Shown in pieces: positions 53,231 to 64,000 of a DNA stretch of 64,000 bases (its first letter is position 1; each line of letters starts with the position of its first letter). A program made the translations under genes and the position numbers. The stretch lies in assembly GCA_964016885.1 (NCBI GenBank), contig OZ024741.1, positions 142,414,001 to 142,478,000 of the forward strand. Reading direction: 5' to 3'. The DNA comes from Eledone cirrhosa (lineage: Eukaryota). Under the pieces are notes generated by a model. The model ran no database searches, was not told the DNA's origin, and worked only from the letters and a program-made list of their open reading frames with translations.

Positions 53231-54754
53231 GTGAGATTTGATGTTTTTCATTAATGTATTGTTTATTTAAATTATAATTATTTCAATTGATTAAAAATTA
53301 TTTTTGGCTCATAAATTTAAGCTTTCACATAACTATTTGTTCTTCATACTGAAGGTAACATGAGAAAAGTTTTCAATGTGAATATATATACCATCAGCAT
53401 CACTGTTTAATGTTATGGGTTAGACAGGCTGGCACATACTGGTGCTAGATATATCGGGTGACTATGTCTTGCTGTTTGTTTCTAATTTAATTTCTTATTC
53501 ACTCAGTTAAGAATATTTTTTTTATTCAGGGCGCTCTGTAGAGAGAGTGCTGGAATGTATGTTAGCAAGCTGCAGCCACCAGGCCTATTTTGTGAGATCA
53601 GTAGTTCCAATTAATTATTGATTTAGTCTGTGACAACCTATCCAATCCTTGCTAGTAAGGAGAATGGATGTTAAATGATGATGGTGATGAGCTGAGGATG
53701 GTGGGTTAGTACAATAAAGGAGTAAGTATCAGCCATATATTGGGTCCAGTGATAGAGTATGTACTTTATGTAGCATGGTTATTATAACTGGATGTTACTT
53801 CACAACATAGATTCAATTTATTATACCACTGGAATTAGAGATCTGTTATAATATAATTACAGAATTATCCCTTTTTGCTCTTTATTAGTTTTAATTCAGA
53901 ATTATTCCTCTCTTAGATGGGCTGTGTTTGCCATGATAAGTTGTTGGTCCTCCATTGTTTCCAATGATGAATGCTCCAGTTGATTCGATCAATGGCAATG
54001 CCTGCTTGTGAAATTAATGTGTAAGTGGCTGAGCATTCCACTGACTATGTAGTTTTCAAGGAGATCCAACATGACACAATGTATGACAAAAGCTGGTCCC
54101 TTGAATTACAGGTATAACTCATTTTTGTTAGCTGAGTGAACAGGAAAAACATGAAATAAAGTGGCTTGCTCAAGGACTCAGCATGCTGCTCAGTCTGGGT
54201 ATCAAACTCACAACCTTATAATTATGAGCACAGCATCCTAACTACTATACCACATGCCTTCACTTCCATGATAGATATAGCTTCTCTATTCAACAACCCA
54301 CACACCCATTTATTCATCTCTTGAAGTGGATGAGTGTCAAATAGTATACAAACTTGATGATATTAATTCCCTAACTCATGCTGTTTTCTATAAAGACATC
54401 TTAGTACCAAGAGAGTCTGGTAGTAAGATGTTAAAACAAAAATAATACTGATTTATCTCTAGGGAATATTTGTTATATACAAAAACTCTCAGGTTAAAAT
54501 TTGTGGGTTGTTAACTCCTGATGCATCCCTCCTCTCTCCCATGTCAACTCCTGATGCTGCCCCTCTCCTCCCCCATTTTAACCCCTGAACTCCTTTGATA
54601 TGTTGAATACTGTATTTTTTTTAGGGTTTTTTTCTCTTAAATTTCATCTCTACCTTAATTTTCTTTGTCCTTTCAGCAATGCAGGTTAATGTTCAATTTT
54701 AAAAAAGGAACACAACCTAAAGGTGTGTACATTGGAATTCTTTTTTCTCTATAT

Positions 54755-55175
54755 GGTGGTATGTAGTGTGTGGTTGTTGTTGGTTAGCCCCACCGGTCAA
54801 TCCTGATCTAGTAGACCTCTCTATATTGTAGTGTATGGTTGTTTGTGGTTAGCCCCAGGGATCAGTCCTGATCTAGTAGACCTTTCTTTATATGGTGGTT
54901 GTTGATGATTACCCCCAAGGCTCAGTCCTGATCTAGTAGACCTCTACTCGCTATATAGTGGTGTGTAGTGTATGGTTGTTTGTGGTTAGCCCCATGGATC
55001 AGTCCTGATCTAGTAGACCTCTATTCTCTATATGTTGGTGTGTAGTGTATGGTTGTTGGTGGTTAGCCCCAGGGGTCAGTCCTGATCTAGTAGACCTCTC
55101 TTCTCTATATGTTAATGTGTCAAATGTGTGGTTGCTGGTGATTAACTCCAGGGGTCAGTTCTGATCTACTAGATA
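54755..55175. repeat. About 60-70-bp tandem repeat, 6 copies
   Basis: TGGTTAGCCCCA..TCAGTCCTGATCTAGTAGACCT units. Confidence 0.85.
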
Positions 55176-55449
55176 TAAAGTTGTGACTACATCTTTTTAG
55201 GGCTACATCAACCAATGTGTCCCTTTCTAATTTAAGACAGTAGTGTGAAATTTGTCTACTATTTCTAGTAGGTAAAGCAACCACATATAGGCTTCATTAT
55301 TGGCTGTTCGGGATAGAGGATTGTGTGTGTTTTTTCATGGAGAAGTAAAAATCTTGTGTATGAATTTTGTTGGAATTGAGGTTGCTGTGCATGTATGTTG
55401 AGGTGGTGATAATAACCACAAAATTACTACTACTACTTCAGCATTTCAG

Positions 55450-55629
55450 AAACCTATACAGTTACATAAAGCTTACCTGAATCCTGCCAGGTTAAATGGT
55501 GGCCAAAGAGTGTCCAGTCCATTGGTGTTGACTGAGAGCAAGCTGTACAGTATTCCCAATAAGTCATGGAAGCATGCAGATATCTGTAAACCCACAACTT
55601 ACAAGTTTCAAATGTCTACTGCTGAAGAG
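55450..55629 (+). CDS. SENP1: SENP1-like exon 4
   Basis: TTTCAG| KPIQLH...FQMSTAEE |GTAGGT; phase 0 to 0. Confidence 0.72.
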
Positions 55630-56145
55630 GTAGGTTGTCTTGGTTACATGGTTACCCCCTTCTTTCCCATCACTTCTCTAGTTCTTATGCAGCACAGCCG
55701 ACTAAATCAGTTGGCTAGAATTTGCAGACGACATCATGTTACTTAACTCATCAGAAGTTAATCACCGACTTGCAGTTAATCTCGTGGACTGGGTGCTTTT
55801 TAACATGGTACCAAAATGACCAATTGACAGGCTGGGCTGGGTCTATTTTCATTGAGTCACCAGCATGACCACCTTAGAGGGTGGGCCAGTTGTTTTTTGT
55901 TGTCTCACCGACACACTCTTTACAGGGTGGGCTGGGTGCTTTTGGAGTGTCACCAACACGACCACATTACATGTGTGTGTGTGTATATATATATATATGT
56001 ACATACACACATGTATATATATAATCAGTTTGCCAGATGGTGTTAAACTCAAGTATCTGCATATGCTACTGTTGTAATTGATTATACATAACTCATCCAA
56101 TGGACTGAGTGCCCTAAACCCTTGGATATTTATACCAAGTTGTAC

Positions 56146-56215
56146 TATTGGGTCGTCAAATATGAAATTTGTAGAAATTTGTTTTTTTATACAAATTTCA
56201 TAGTTAACGACCCAA

Positions 56216-56217
<2 letters not shown>
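56146..56217. mobile_element. 72-bp mariner-type micro-MITE
   Basis: TATTGGGTCGTCAAATATGAAATTTGTA ... TACAAATTTCATAGTTAACGACCCAATA; TA ends. Confidence 0.75.
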
Positions 56218-56251
<34 letters not shown>

Positions 56252-56664
56252 ATACTTTGGGAGGGTCATGTTGCCAATAAGAAACACACGCACCAGTTGC
56301 TTTCACTTCAATTTAATTTAATATATATTTATAAATTTACAAATTTATAAATTTCTGGTTGGTTGGTTGGTTCCACAACCAGATAGTTGTTTATATATAT
56401 ATAGTCATAGTTCTTTCGTCACACACTCTGTGACCTCTTCAGTGACTGGGGATTTCTTTCTTCGTTTCTGTGCCTTTCCTTTCTTCTATCCTACGCCATT
56501 TTGTTTGTGTGTGGGTTGCGTGCTCAGTTTGCGCATGCGCCACATCCGGGTGTCTGTGTGTGTTTGTGTTCATTTTTCTATTTTTATATTTTTATATTTT
56601 TATATTTTTATATTTATATATATATAATCATCGTTTAAGATGGACATTAAACGATCATGATATA

Positions 56665-56875
56665 TATATAGTAATAATAATAAATACAAAGACCAAAATC
56701 CAAAGAGGACTCGATAAGGGTTGTATAAGTATCTCTAAACCCGTAGAGCAAATATTTATTATTTGTACAGATTAAAAGCAATGAATTTCTGCTTTCACCC
56801 TAGTTTCAGATGATCCTGCTTAGGATGAAAGCAGAAATTCATTGCTTAAACTTTTAATCTGTACAAATAATATAT
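56665..56875. mobile_element. Foldback element with an internal hairpin
   Basis: TATTATTTGTACAGATTAAAAG..GAATTTCTGCTTTCA / TGAAAGCAGAAATTC..CTTTTAATCTGTACAAATAATA; flanked by (TA)n. Confidence 0.75.
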
Positions 56876-56970
56876 ATATATATGTATATATATAATATGT
56901 GTGTGTATTTATGTATATCCCCATATGTACATAAACATATACAAATTATCATACCTATTTGTTGTTTCAG

Positions 56971-57062
56971 TATATACGGCTGGAAGAGAAAGAACGCTAC
57001 ACCCAGCTACTGAGGCAGTACTCTGCAGGAAACTTTCCCAGTACATCTCAATCATTGTACCA
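56971..57062 (+). CDS. SENP1: SENP1-like exon 5
   Basis: Spliced STAEE-YIRLEEKERYTQLLRQY resembles human SENP1 STAEETVQEEEREIYRQLLQM as recalled; TTTCAG| ... |GTAAGT; phase 0 to 2. Confidence 0.8.
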
Positions 57063-57254
57063 GTAAGTCTCCTTTCAAGGTGTCATTTAATTCTTTTCTC
57101 CTCAGTTTACATTCCTTCCTCCTATCCCCTCCTGCCTAAACATTTCATTATAGTTTATATTTTGTTTTCTACATAAATTGGTCCATTTGCATATTGTTGG
57201 AACAATTTGACGACTGCCTTCTGTTCTGTCATTAACTACTTAACCACAACACTC

Positions 57255-59215
57255 ATAAACCATACAACACCACCATATCATGCTACATGTACCACACACC
57301 ACTACCATATCATGCTATATACGTCATACAACACCACCATATCATGCTACATGTACCACACAACACCACAATATCATGCTACATGTACCACACAACACCA
57401 CCATATCATGCTACATGTACCACACAACACCACAATATCATGCTACATGTACCACACAACACCACCATATCATGCTACATGTACCACACAACACCACCAT
57501 ATCATGCTACATGTACCACACAACACCACCATATCATGCTACATACACCATACAACACCACCATATCATCCTACATATACCATACAACACCACCATATGC
57601 TACATACACCATACAACACCACCATATCATGCTACATGTACCATACAACACCACTATATCATACTACATGTACCATACAACACCACTATATCATACTACA
57701 TACGCCATACAACACTACCATATCATACTACATACAACACTAACATATGCTACATGTACCACACAACACTACCATATCATGCTACATGCACCATACAACA
57801 CTAATATATCATGCTACATGCACCATACAACACCATCATATAATGCTACATACACCACACAACATCACCATATCATCCTACATACACCATACAACACCAC
57901 CATATAATGCTACATACACCATACAACACCACCATATAATGCTACATACACCATACAACACCACCATATCATACTTCATATACCATACACTACCACCATA
58001 TCATACTACATACAACACTACCATTTCATGCTACATATACCATACAACACCACCATATCATGCTACATGTACCCTACAACACCACCATATTATGCAACAT
58101 GCACCATACAGCACTACCATATCATGCTACATGTACCATACAACACCACCATATCATGCTATATACACCATACAACATATAGACAATATGCCCCACCTCC
58201 TCCCACCGCAAGGTGGTCGTGGAGGTGCCACGGCAAAAAAGCACCCAGCCCACACTGTAAAGTGGACATGTAGGCGCCACAAAAAAGCACCCAGCCCACA
58301 CTGTAAAGTGGACATGTAGGCGCCACAAAAAAGCACCCAGAACTCACTGTAAATGAGGTTGGTGTTAGGAAGGGCATCCAGCTGTAGAAATCAAGCCAAA
58401 TCAGTTTCTGTATGAGCAAGGCATGGTCAGCCGACCAGACACTGCCCACAACAGGACAACCCATCTAACCCATGCTAGCGTGGAAGAACGGACGTAAAAC
58501 GGTGATGATGATGATAACACTACCATATCATCCTACATACACCATACAACACTACCATATCATCCTACATACACCATACAACACCACTATATCATGCTAC
58601 ATGTACCATACAACACCACTACCATATCATGCTACATACACCACCACCATATAATGCTACATACACCATACAACACTACCATATCATCCTACATACACCA
58701 TACAACACTACCATATCATCCTACATACACCATACAACACTACCATATCATCCTACATACACCATACAACACTACCATATCATCCTACATACACCATACA
58801 ACACTACCATATCATCCTACATACACCATACAACACTACCATATCATCCTACATACACCATACAACACCACTACCATATCATGCTACATACACCACCACC
58901 ATATAATGCTACATACACCATACAACAATACCATATCATACTACATACACCATACAACACTACTATATCATACTACATGAACCCTACAACACCACTATAT
59001 CATGCTACATACACCATACAACAATACCATATCATACTACATGAACCATACAACACCACTATATCATGCTACATACACCATACACCACTACCATATAATG
59101 CTACATACACCATACAACACCATCATATCATGCTACATACATCATACAACACAATCATATTGTGCTACATACACCATACAACACCACACCTTGCTACATC
59201 ACTAATACACCACAG
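57255..59215. repeat. 32-bp minisatellite interrupted by an RTE-tailed short element (about 58180-58515)
   Basis: Unit CACAACACCACCATATCATGCTACATGTACCA; the insert carries a 46-bp internal duplication and a GATGATGAT tail. Confidence 0.95.
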
Positions 59216-59394
59216 CAACAGACCATCATAGTCGAGTGTGAGTGAAGAAGGTATTGTTGAGTGTAGGTGTGGTCGATTGTAATGTATCTGAGTCTAGGTA
59301 TGGTTGAGTGTAATGTGGTTGATTGTAATGTGTTTGAGTGTAGGTGTGGTTCATTGTAATTTGTTTAGCTAATATATCTCCTTGTTTTATTCAG

Positions 59395-59579
59395 GATTCA
59401 GAAAAGCAGAAGTTCATCAACCAGTGAACAGTCAGGAAATGTTCCAAGTGTTCGATTTATGGCCTCTGTCAATCAGCCCATTACATTGACCAGTGACAGT
59501 GACCAAGAGAGGTCACTTTCTGATTTGCCATCGATACCAAAACGACTCAGCTTTTCAGACACCGATACCTCTCAACACA
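59395..59579 (+). CDS. SENP1: SENP1-like exon 6
   Basis: TTATTCAG| IQKSRSSS...PITLTSDSDQE...DTSQH |GTAGGT; phase 2 to 1. Confidence 0.75.
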
Positions 59580-59629
59580 GTAGGTTTTTTGTTACTCTTT
59601 TAAATATATTATGCTATGATCCCATTAAT

Positions 59630-59778
59630 GGTGAAAGCAGCGATTCTTTGCTTAAACTTTAATCTGTTATTTTAATAAATATTTGCTCTACGGTTCTTAT
59701 AATATTTGATATATATTTATCCTTATCGAGCCCTCTTTGGATTTTAGTCTTCAAATTTATTATTATTACTATATATAT
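59630..59778 (-). mobile_element. Foldback-family arm, inverted relative to 56665-56800
   Basis: Reverse complement reads TAGTAATAATAATAAAT..AAAATCCAAAGAGG.CTCGATAAGG..CCGTAGAGCAAATATTTATT. Confidence 0.75.
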
Positions 59779-60296
59779 AGTTTGTAAAGTATGTAAATAG
59801 TATGGGGTGTAGTTGTGTGTGTGGCTGTGTTCATGTTTATGTATATGTGGCTTTGGAGCTGTGTCTATATTAATACACAGCTCTGTGTGAGTGTGTGTGT
59901 AAATATGTATTTATACCTTGGACCAGCGTTAAAAGTAAATATATTTATATCTATCATTTAATGTGTGTTCATCTGTATGTATTTGTGGTTATGTAGTTCT
60001 GTGTGTTTATGTGAATGTGTAATTGTGTCTGTATGTTAATATATACCTTGTACTAGAAAGAAAGAAATGTATACTGTTGTATGTATGTTAGAAATGAGTG
60101 TATATTTAATAGTGTATATGTGTGTTCAAGTGCACAGAGGTTTTAGAGCAGCGCTTGTTTATGAGAATATGTAATTGTGTGTGTAAATATATTTTAATGT
60201 ATGCCTTGTGCTTAGTATTTAATGCTAGTTTAAATGATGATAATGACATTGAACTCATGAAATTCCGTTTGTTGGGTGGGGTTTCTTCCTTGACAG

Positions 60297-60390
60297 GTGA
60301 ACATAATTTAGAGAATTCTTTAGCTTGTCATGATACAAATTCATCTTCAGAAGAGAAAACATCTTCAAAGGAATCATCTGAACATTTAAG
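60297..60390 (+). CDS. SENP1: SENP1-like exon 7
   Basis: CTTGACAG| EHNLENSLACHDTNSSSEEKTSSKESSEHL |GTAATG; phase 1 to 2. Confidence 0.72.
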
Positions 60391-60409
60391 GTAATGTTAT
60401 TGTTTTAAA

Positions 60410-60650
60410 CCAGCTTTATATTGGGTGTGGGGAGTTTTGATAGCTGGGAAAGGTAGGGGGTGTCGATATATCCAGCTTTATATTAGGTGTGGGGAGTTTT
60501 AGTAGCAGGGAGAGATAGGGTAATTGATATACCTGGTTTTTATATTGGATGTGGAAAGTTTTAGTAGTTAGGAAAGATAGGAGTATTGGTGTCAATATAC
60601 CCAGCTTTATATTGGGCACGTGATGTTTTAGTAGCAGGGAGAGATGTGGT
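60410..60650. repeat. About 62-bp tandem repeat, 4 copies
   Basis: CCAGCTTTATATTGGGTGTGGGGAGTTTTAGTAGC.GG units. Confidence 0.8.
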
Positions 60651-62107
60651 CTCAACATTCCTAGCAAGTACTGCATTGTATTTCACTTCAAGGTTAAACA
60701 TTTGCTAGATTGATTTTGTTCATTTAGATGTAAATAACGCTTATGTAATTGTAATGATGGGAATGATAAGGGTAGAAAAGCAAACATAGAAATGCTGAAT
60801 AGGACCCATCCCACCCTTGCAAGCAGGGAAAAGCTGACGTAAAATGATGATGATAATGATTCTAATGTGAAACTGCTTGATGACAAAATCTCTAAAAATG
60901 TACAAATGCACAATTTAAAAGCAAAACAGTAATTTAATATAAGTTAGGTACCTATGGATTTGTAAAATTAAGGTTATTTTTCTCAATGCATATTCATTGC
61001 CACAGGTTCTCATTTACTTGTAATTCACCTTGGTGTTAAAAAAGATTCCTATTTTTGGTTCAGGACCATAAGAATGGCTGTAGTAAAATTTGAACACATA
61101 ACCATATCGACAAATTTTTACATTTTATAGTTTATGATTTGTTAGTGCCCGGTTCATTTAAGAAACATTAGGAAAATTTGAAATCTAGTCTTCCTAATGT
61201 AAAATGACTATAAGAATAGTCATCATCATCGTTTAACGTCCATTTTCTATGCTAGCATGAATAGAATGGGTTGTCCTGTTTTAAGAGATCCAGGTCAAAG
61301 GACTGTGTTTCGCTCACACAACTGATTTTGGCTTGGTTTCTAGGGCTGGATGCCCGTCCTAATGCCAACCATATTTTTAGTTGTGACACCTACACGATCA
61401 CTTTATTGTGTGGACTGGGCACTTTTTGTTGTGTCGCCAACACAACCACTTTCCAGTGTGGGCTGGGTCAATCGCCATAATTATAAAAATTGAGAAAATC
61501 AGGTAATGTATCCCTGAAGATGGAAAAAGTCAACAGAAACACCTGCAGAGAATTGAACTCCACATATCTTGGATGTTGGAAGAGTGTGTTAAGCTTATAA
61601 CTAGAAGTATGAACATCTGGTTGATTTAAGAAATATTACGAAAGTTTGAAATTTGAAATGTGTGTGTTCCAATAGTTGATCACTATAAATATAATAGTTG
61701 AGAAACTTGGATAAAGTAACTTAGGAAATTGAAAAAAAGTGGACAGAGGCCCATGTGAGGAAATGAACACACCATCTTTCAGATGCTGGTAAGTTCATTA
61801 ACCATTAGCTTAAGGAGTCCCTGGGGGACCTATTGCTGTCTTTAGAATATATTTAACCTGTAGCCAAAAGTGTGAACATCTGATATTTGAAATGTAGTTG
61901 TCCCAATTGTAGCTGTTTGTAATGATTAACTATTCTTATAGTCATTTACGTTGGGATAACTTTTTCAAACTTTCTAATTTATTTATTTAAAAATGATAAG
62001 AGGGTGTTGTTTGTTTGAAGCATTGTATAAAGTGTAGAAAATAGTGTGTAATTAGAAGACTGCAGCAATACAGAGGGGATATTATATGTTTAAAATAATA
62101 ACAATGA

Positions 62108-62349
62108 TGTTGGAATGTTACCTTGGAGTTTAATTAAGTCTTTATTAAATAACTTCAAGGTAACATTTCATCATTTCTGCTATCATTATTTTTTAACATT
62201 CAATGTCTTACATGCATTGTTGTAGCCTTGTTGGAATATTACCTTGGAGTTGTTTAATATGACTATTAAGCAACTTCCAGGTAACATTCTAACATCTTTG
62301 TCATCATTATTTTTAGCATTTAATGTCCCACTTGCATTGCTGCAGCCTC
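62108..62349. repeat. About 120-bp tandem duplication
   Basis: TGTTGGAAT.TTACCTTGGAGTT...TGCATTG.TG.AGCCT occurs twice. Confidence 0.8.
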
Positions 62350-62434
62350 CTAATAACAAACTGTTTTTTTTTTTAATGTTATCATTTATTCATGTAATTA
62401 TCTTTCTGAAAGTTTCTATGTTTCTCATATTTAG

Positions 62435-62497
62435 TACATCACCAATTCCAAATATGAAAGCCATAACAATTCTAAATGAACATTGGATGGAAGACCT
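62435..62497 (+). CDS. SENP1: SENP1-like exon 8; gene continues beyond the window, catalytic domain not seen
   Basis: ATTTAG| TSPIPNMKAITILNEHWMEDL |GTAAGT; phase 2 to 2; compare SENP1 ELWIKEL. Confidence 0.72.
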
Positions 62498-63593
62498 GTA
62501 AGTATCTTTCTTGTTACTATTTATTTATCTTTAGTATTATACCTCTATTCTCCTCATGTCACCACCCGTGACTGTTTAGACGTTCATACAAGCAAATCTA
62601 CATTTGTATATCTAATATACATGCACATGTCTTTATGTCATGAGAGCTGTGTGGTTAAGAAGCTCTCCATCTAACCACATTCTCATATTACCACCTAAGT
62701 GTATATTGTCTATACATAAATTTACGCACATACACACAAGCATGTGTGTATATTTGTGTATATTTTCTATTTCGAATTTGTGACCAATAAGTTGACTAAG
62801 GAAACATTGGGCAAATTTGAAATGTAGTCATCCTAATGTAAGTGACTATAATAATAGTCATATACAAATAATAGTAAATTGGGTAAAATACCTCTGGAGA
62901 CAGAAAACATTGGACAGAGATGCATGCAAGGAATTGAAACACACTGAGGTTGGCATTAGGAAGGGCATCCAGCTGTAGAAACCAAACTAGAAACAGACTT
63001 GTATGAGCAACACATGGTCACCAGACCTCTCTAATTTCATAATGTGACAACCTGTCTAATCCATGCAAGCATGGAAAGTCGACATTAAATGATGATGATG
63101 ATGATGATGGGCATGTGCATTAACCATTAAGCACATATTCACACATAACCACTCAGCTATTGTGGCACACACACACACGTGTGTGTACGTGTCACAATAA
63201 CTGAGTGGTTATGAAGCTGGCCTACTGACCATACTGCCATAAGTAAAGATCTTACTAACATTAGTCGAAAGAGGTATCTAACTTTTGTGTGACAGAAGCT
63301 GTATTTATTTACATCAACTTTATATTTGAACTTTGCCACACAATTAACTTCCCCTTTTTTACCTCATACATTTGTTTGGGCTCTTTGTGTTTTAAATTCA
63401 ATTTTTGCTGGGGCCTACCTAGGTGAAAGACTTAATCTGTTGCTTGGTTTAACTCTTTTGGTACCAACCTACCTAACTCTTTATATAAAAATAAACTTTA
63501 TGATACAGAATGTCATAATAATTCAACAAATAATACAGTGTATTTCATTAGAAATATAGTCATAGAAGTGTTAACACCACAATCTTGGCCTTA

Positions 63594-63738
63594 TGTATCT
63601 TTAGAAGTGTCCACCTTGTAAACATTTGGACCAAGTTTTGGGTATATTTAGAAGTGTCCACCCTGTTGTAAATATTTGAACCAAGTCTTTGGTATCTTTA
63701 GCAGTGTCCACTCTGTAGTAAACTTTTAGACCAAGTCT
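63594..63738. repeat. About 50-bp tandem repeat, 3 copies
   Basis: GTATCTTTAGAAGTGTCCAC..AAACATTTGGACCAAGT units. Confidence 0.75.
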
Positions 63739-64000
63739 CCAGCTTGAGGATATTTACCTCTTTTCTTGACTAAACAGTGAATAAAAAAATTGCATTGTTG
63801 TTGGAGAAGAGAAGGAAACATTCACCATAATCCTTTAATAATTATATTTCTAATTAAATAGACTCTATTTTAATTAATTAATGAAACATTTTGAGGGGTT
63901 TACTAAAATTATCAATTATTTCATTACTAATATAGTAACATCATGATATGCTTCTTATAAAATTATGATGGAAAATTTTAATTTAAATAAGAACCCTTTA

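Noticed and set aside
57207-59231. Long His/Thr/Tyr-rich ORFs
   Set aside because: Artefacts of a 32-bp minisatellite open in several frames, inside a SENP intron.

Overview
AT-rich eukaryotic (metazoan) genomic DNA. The dense SINE/LINE/MITE landscape and microsatellites suggest a coleoid cephalopod, probably an octopus; this is an inference. Host genes: three widely spaced intronless core histone genes (H2A + and H4 +, each with a 3' stem-loop; H2B - with no visible stem-loop but an AATAAA), a two-exon Inturned (INTU)-like tri-longin gene apparently lacking the PDZ domain, and eight phase-consistent N-terminal coding exons of a SENP1/2-like SUMO protease that continues beyond the window. The rest is decayed mobile DNA (RTE, CR1, R4, Tx1-like and CRE-clade LINEs, a mariner, MITEs/foldbacks, tandem SINE arrays) plus several minisatellites. 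Most notable: a CRE-clade retrotransposon with an intact PHD finger in frame with its pre-RT region, the stem-loop-less H2B, the PDZ-less intron-poor INTU, and inverted foldback arms bracketing SENP exons. All calls are by eye; no database searches were run.
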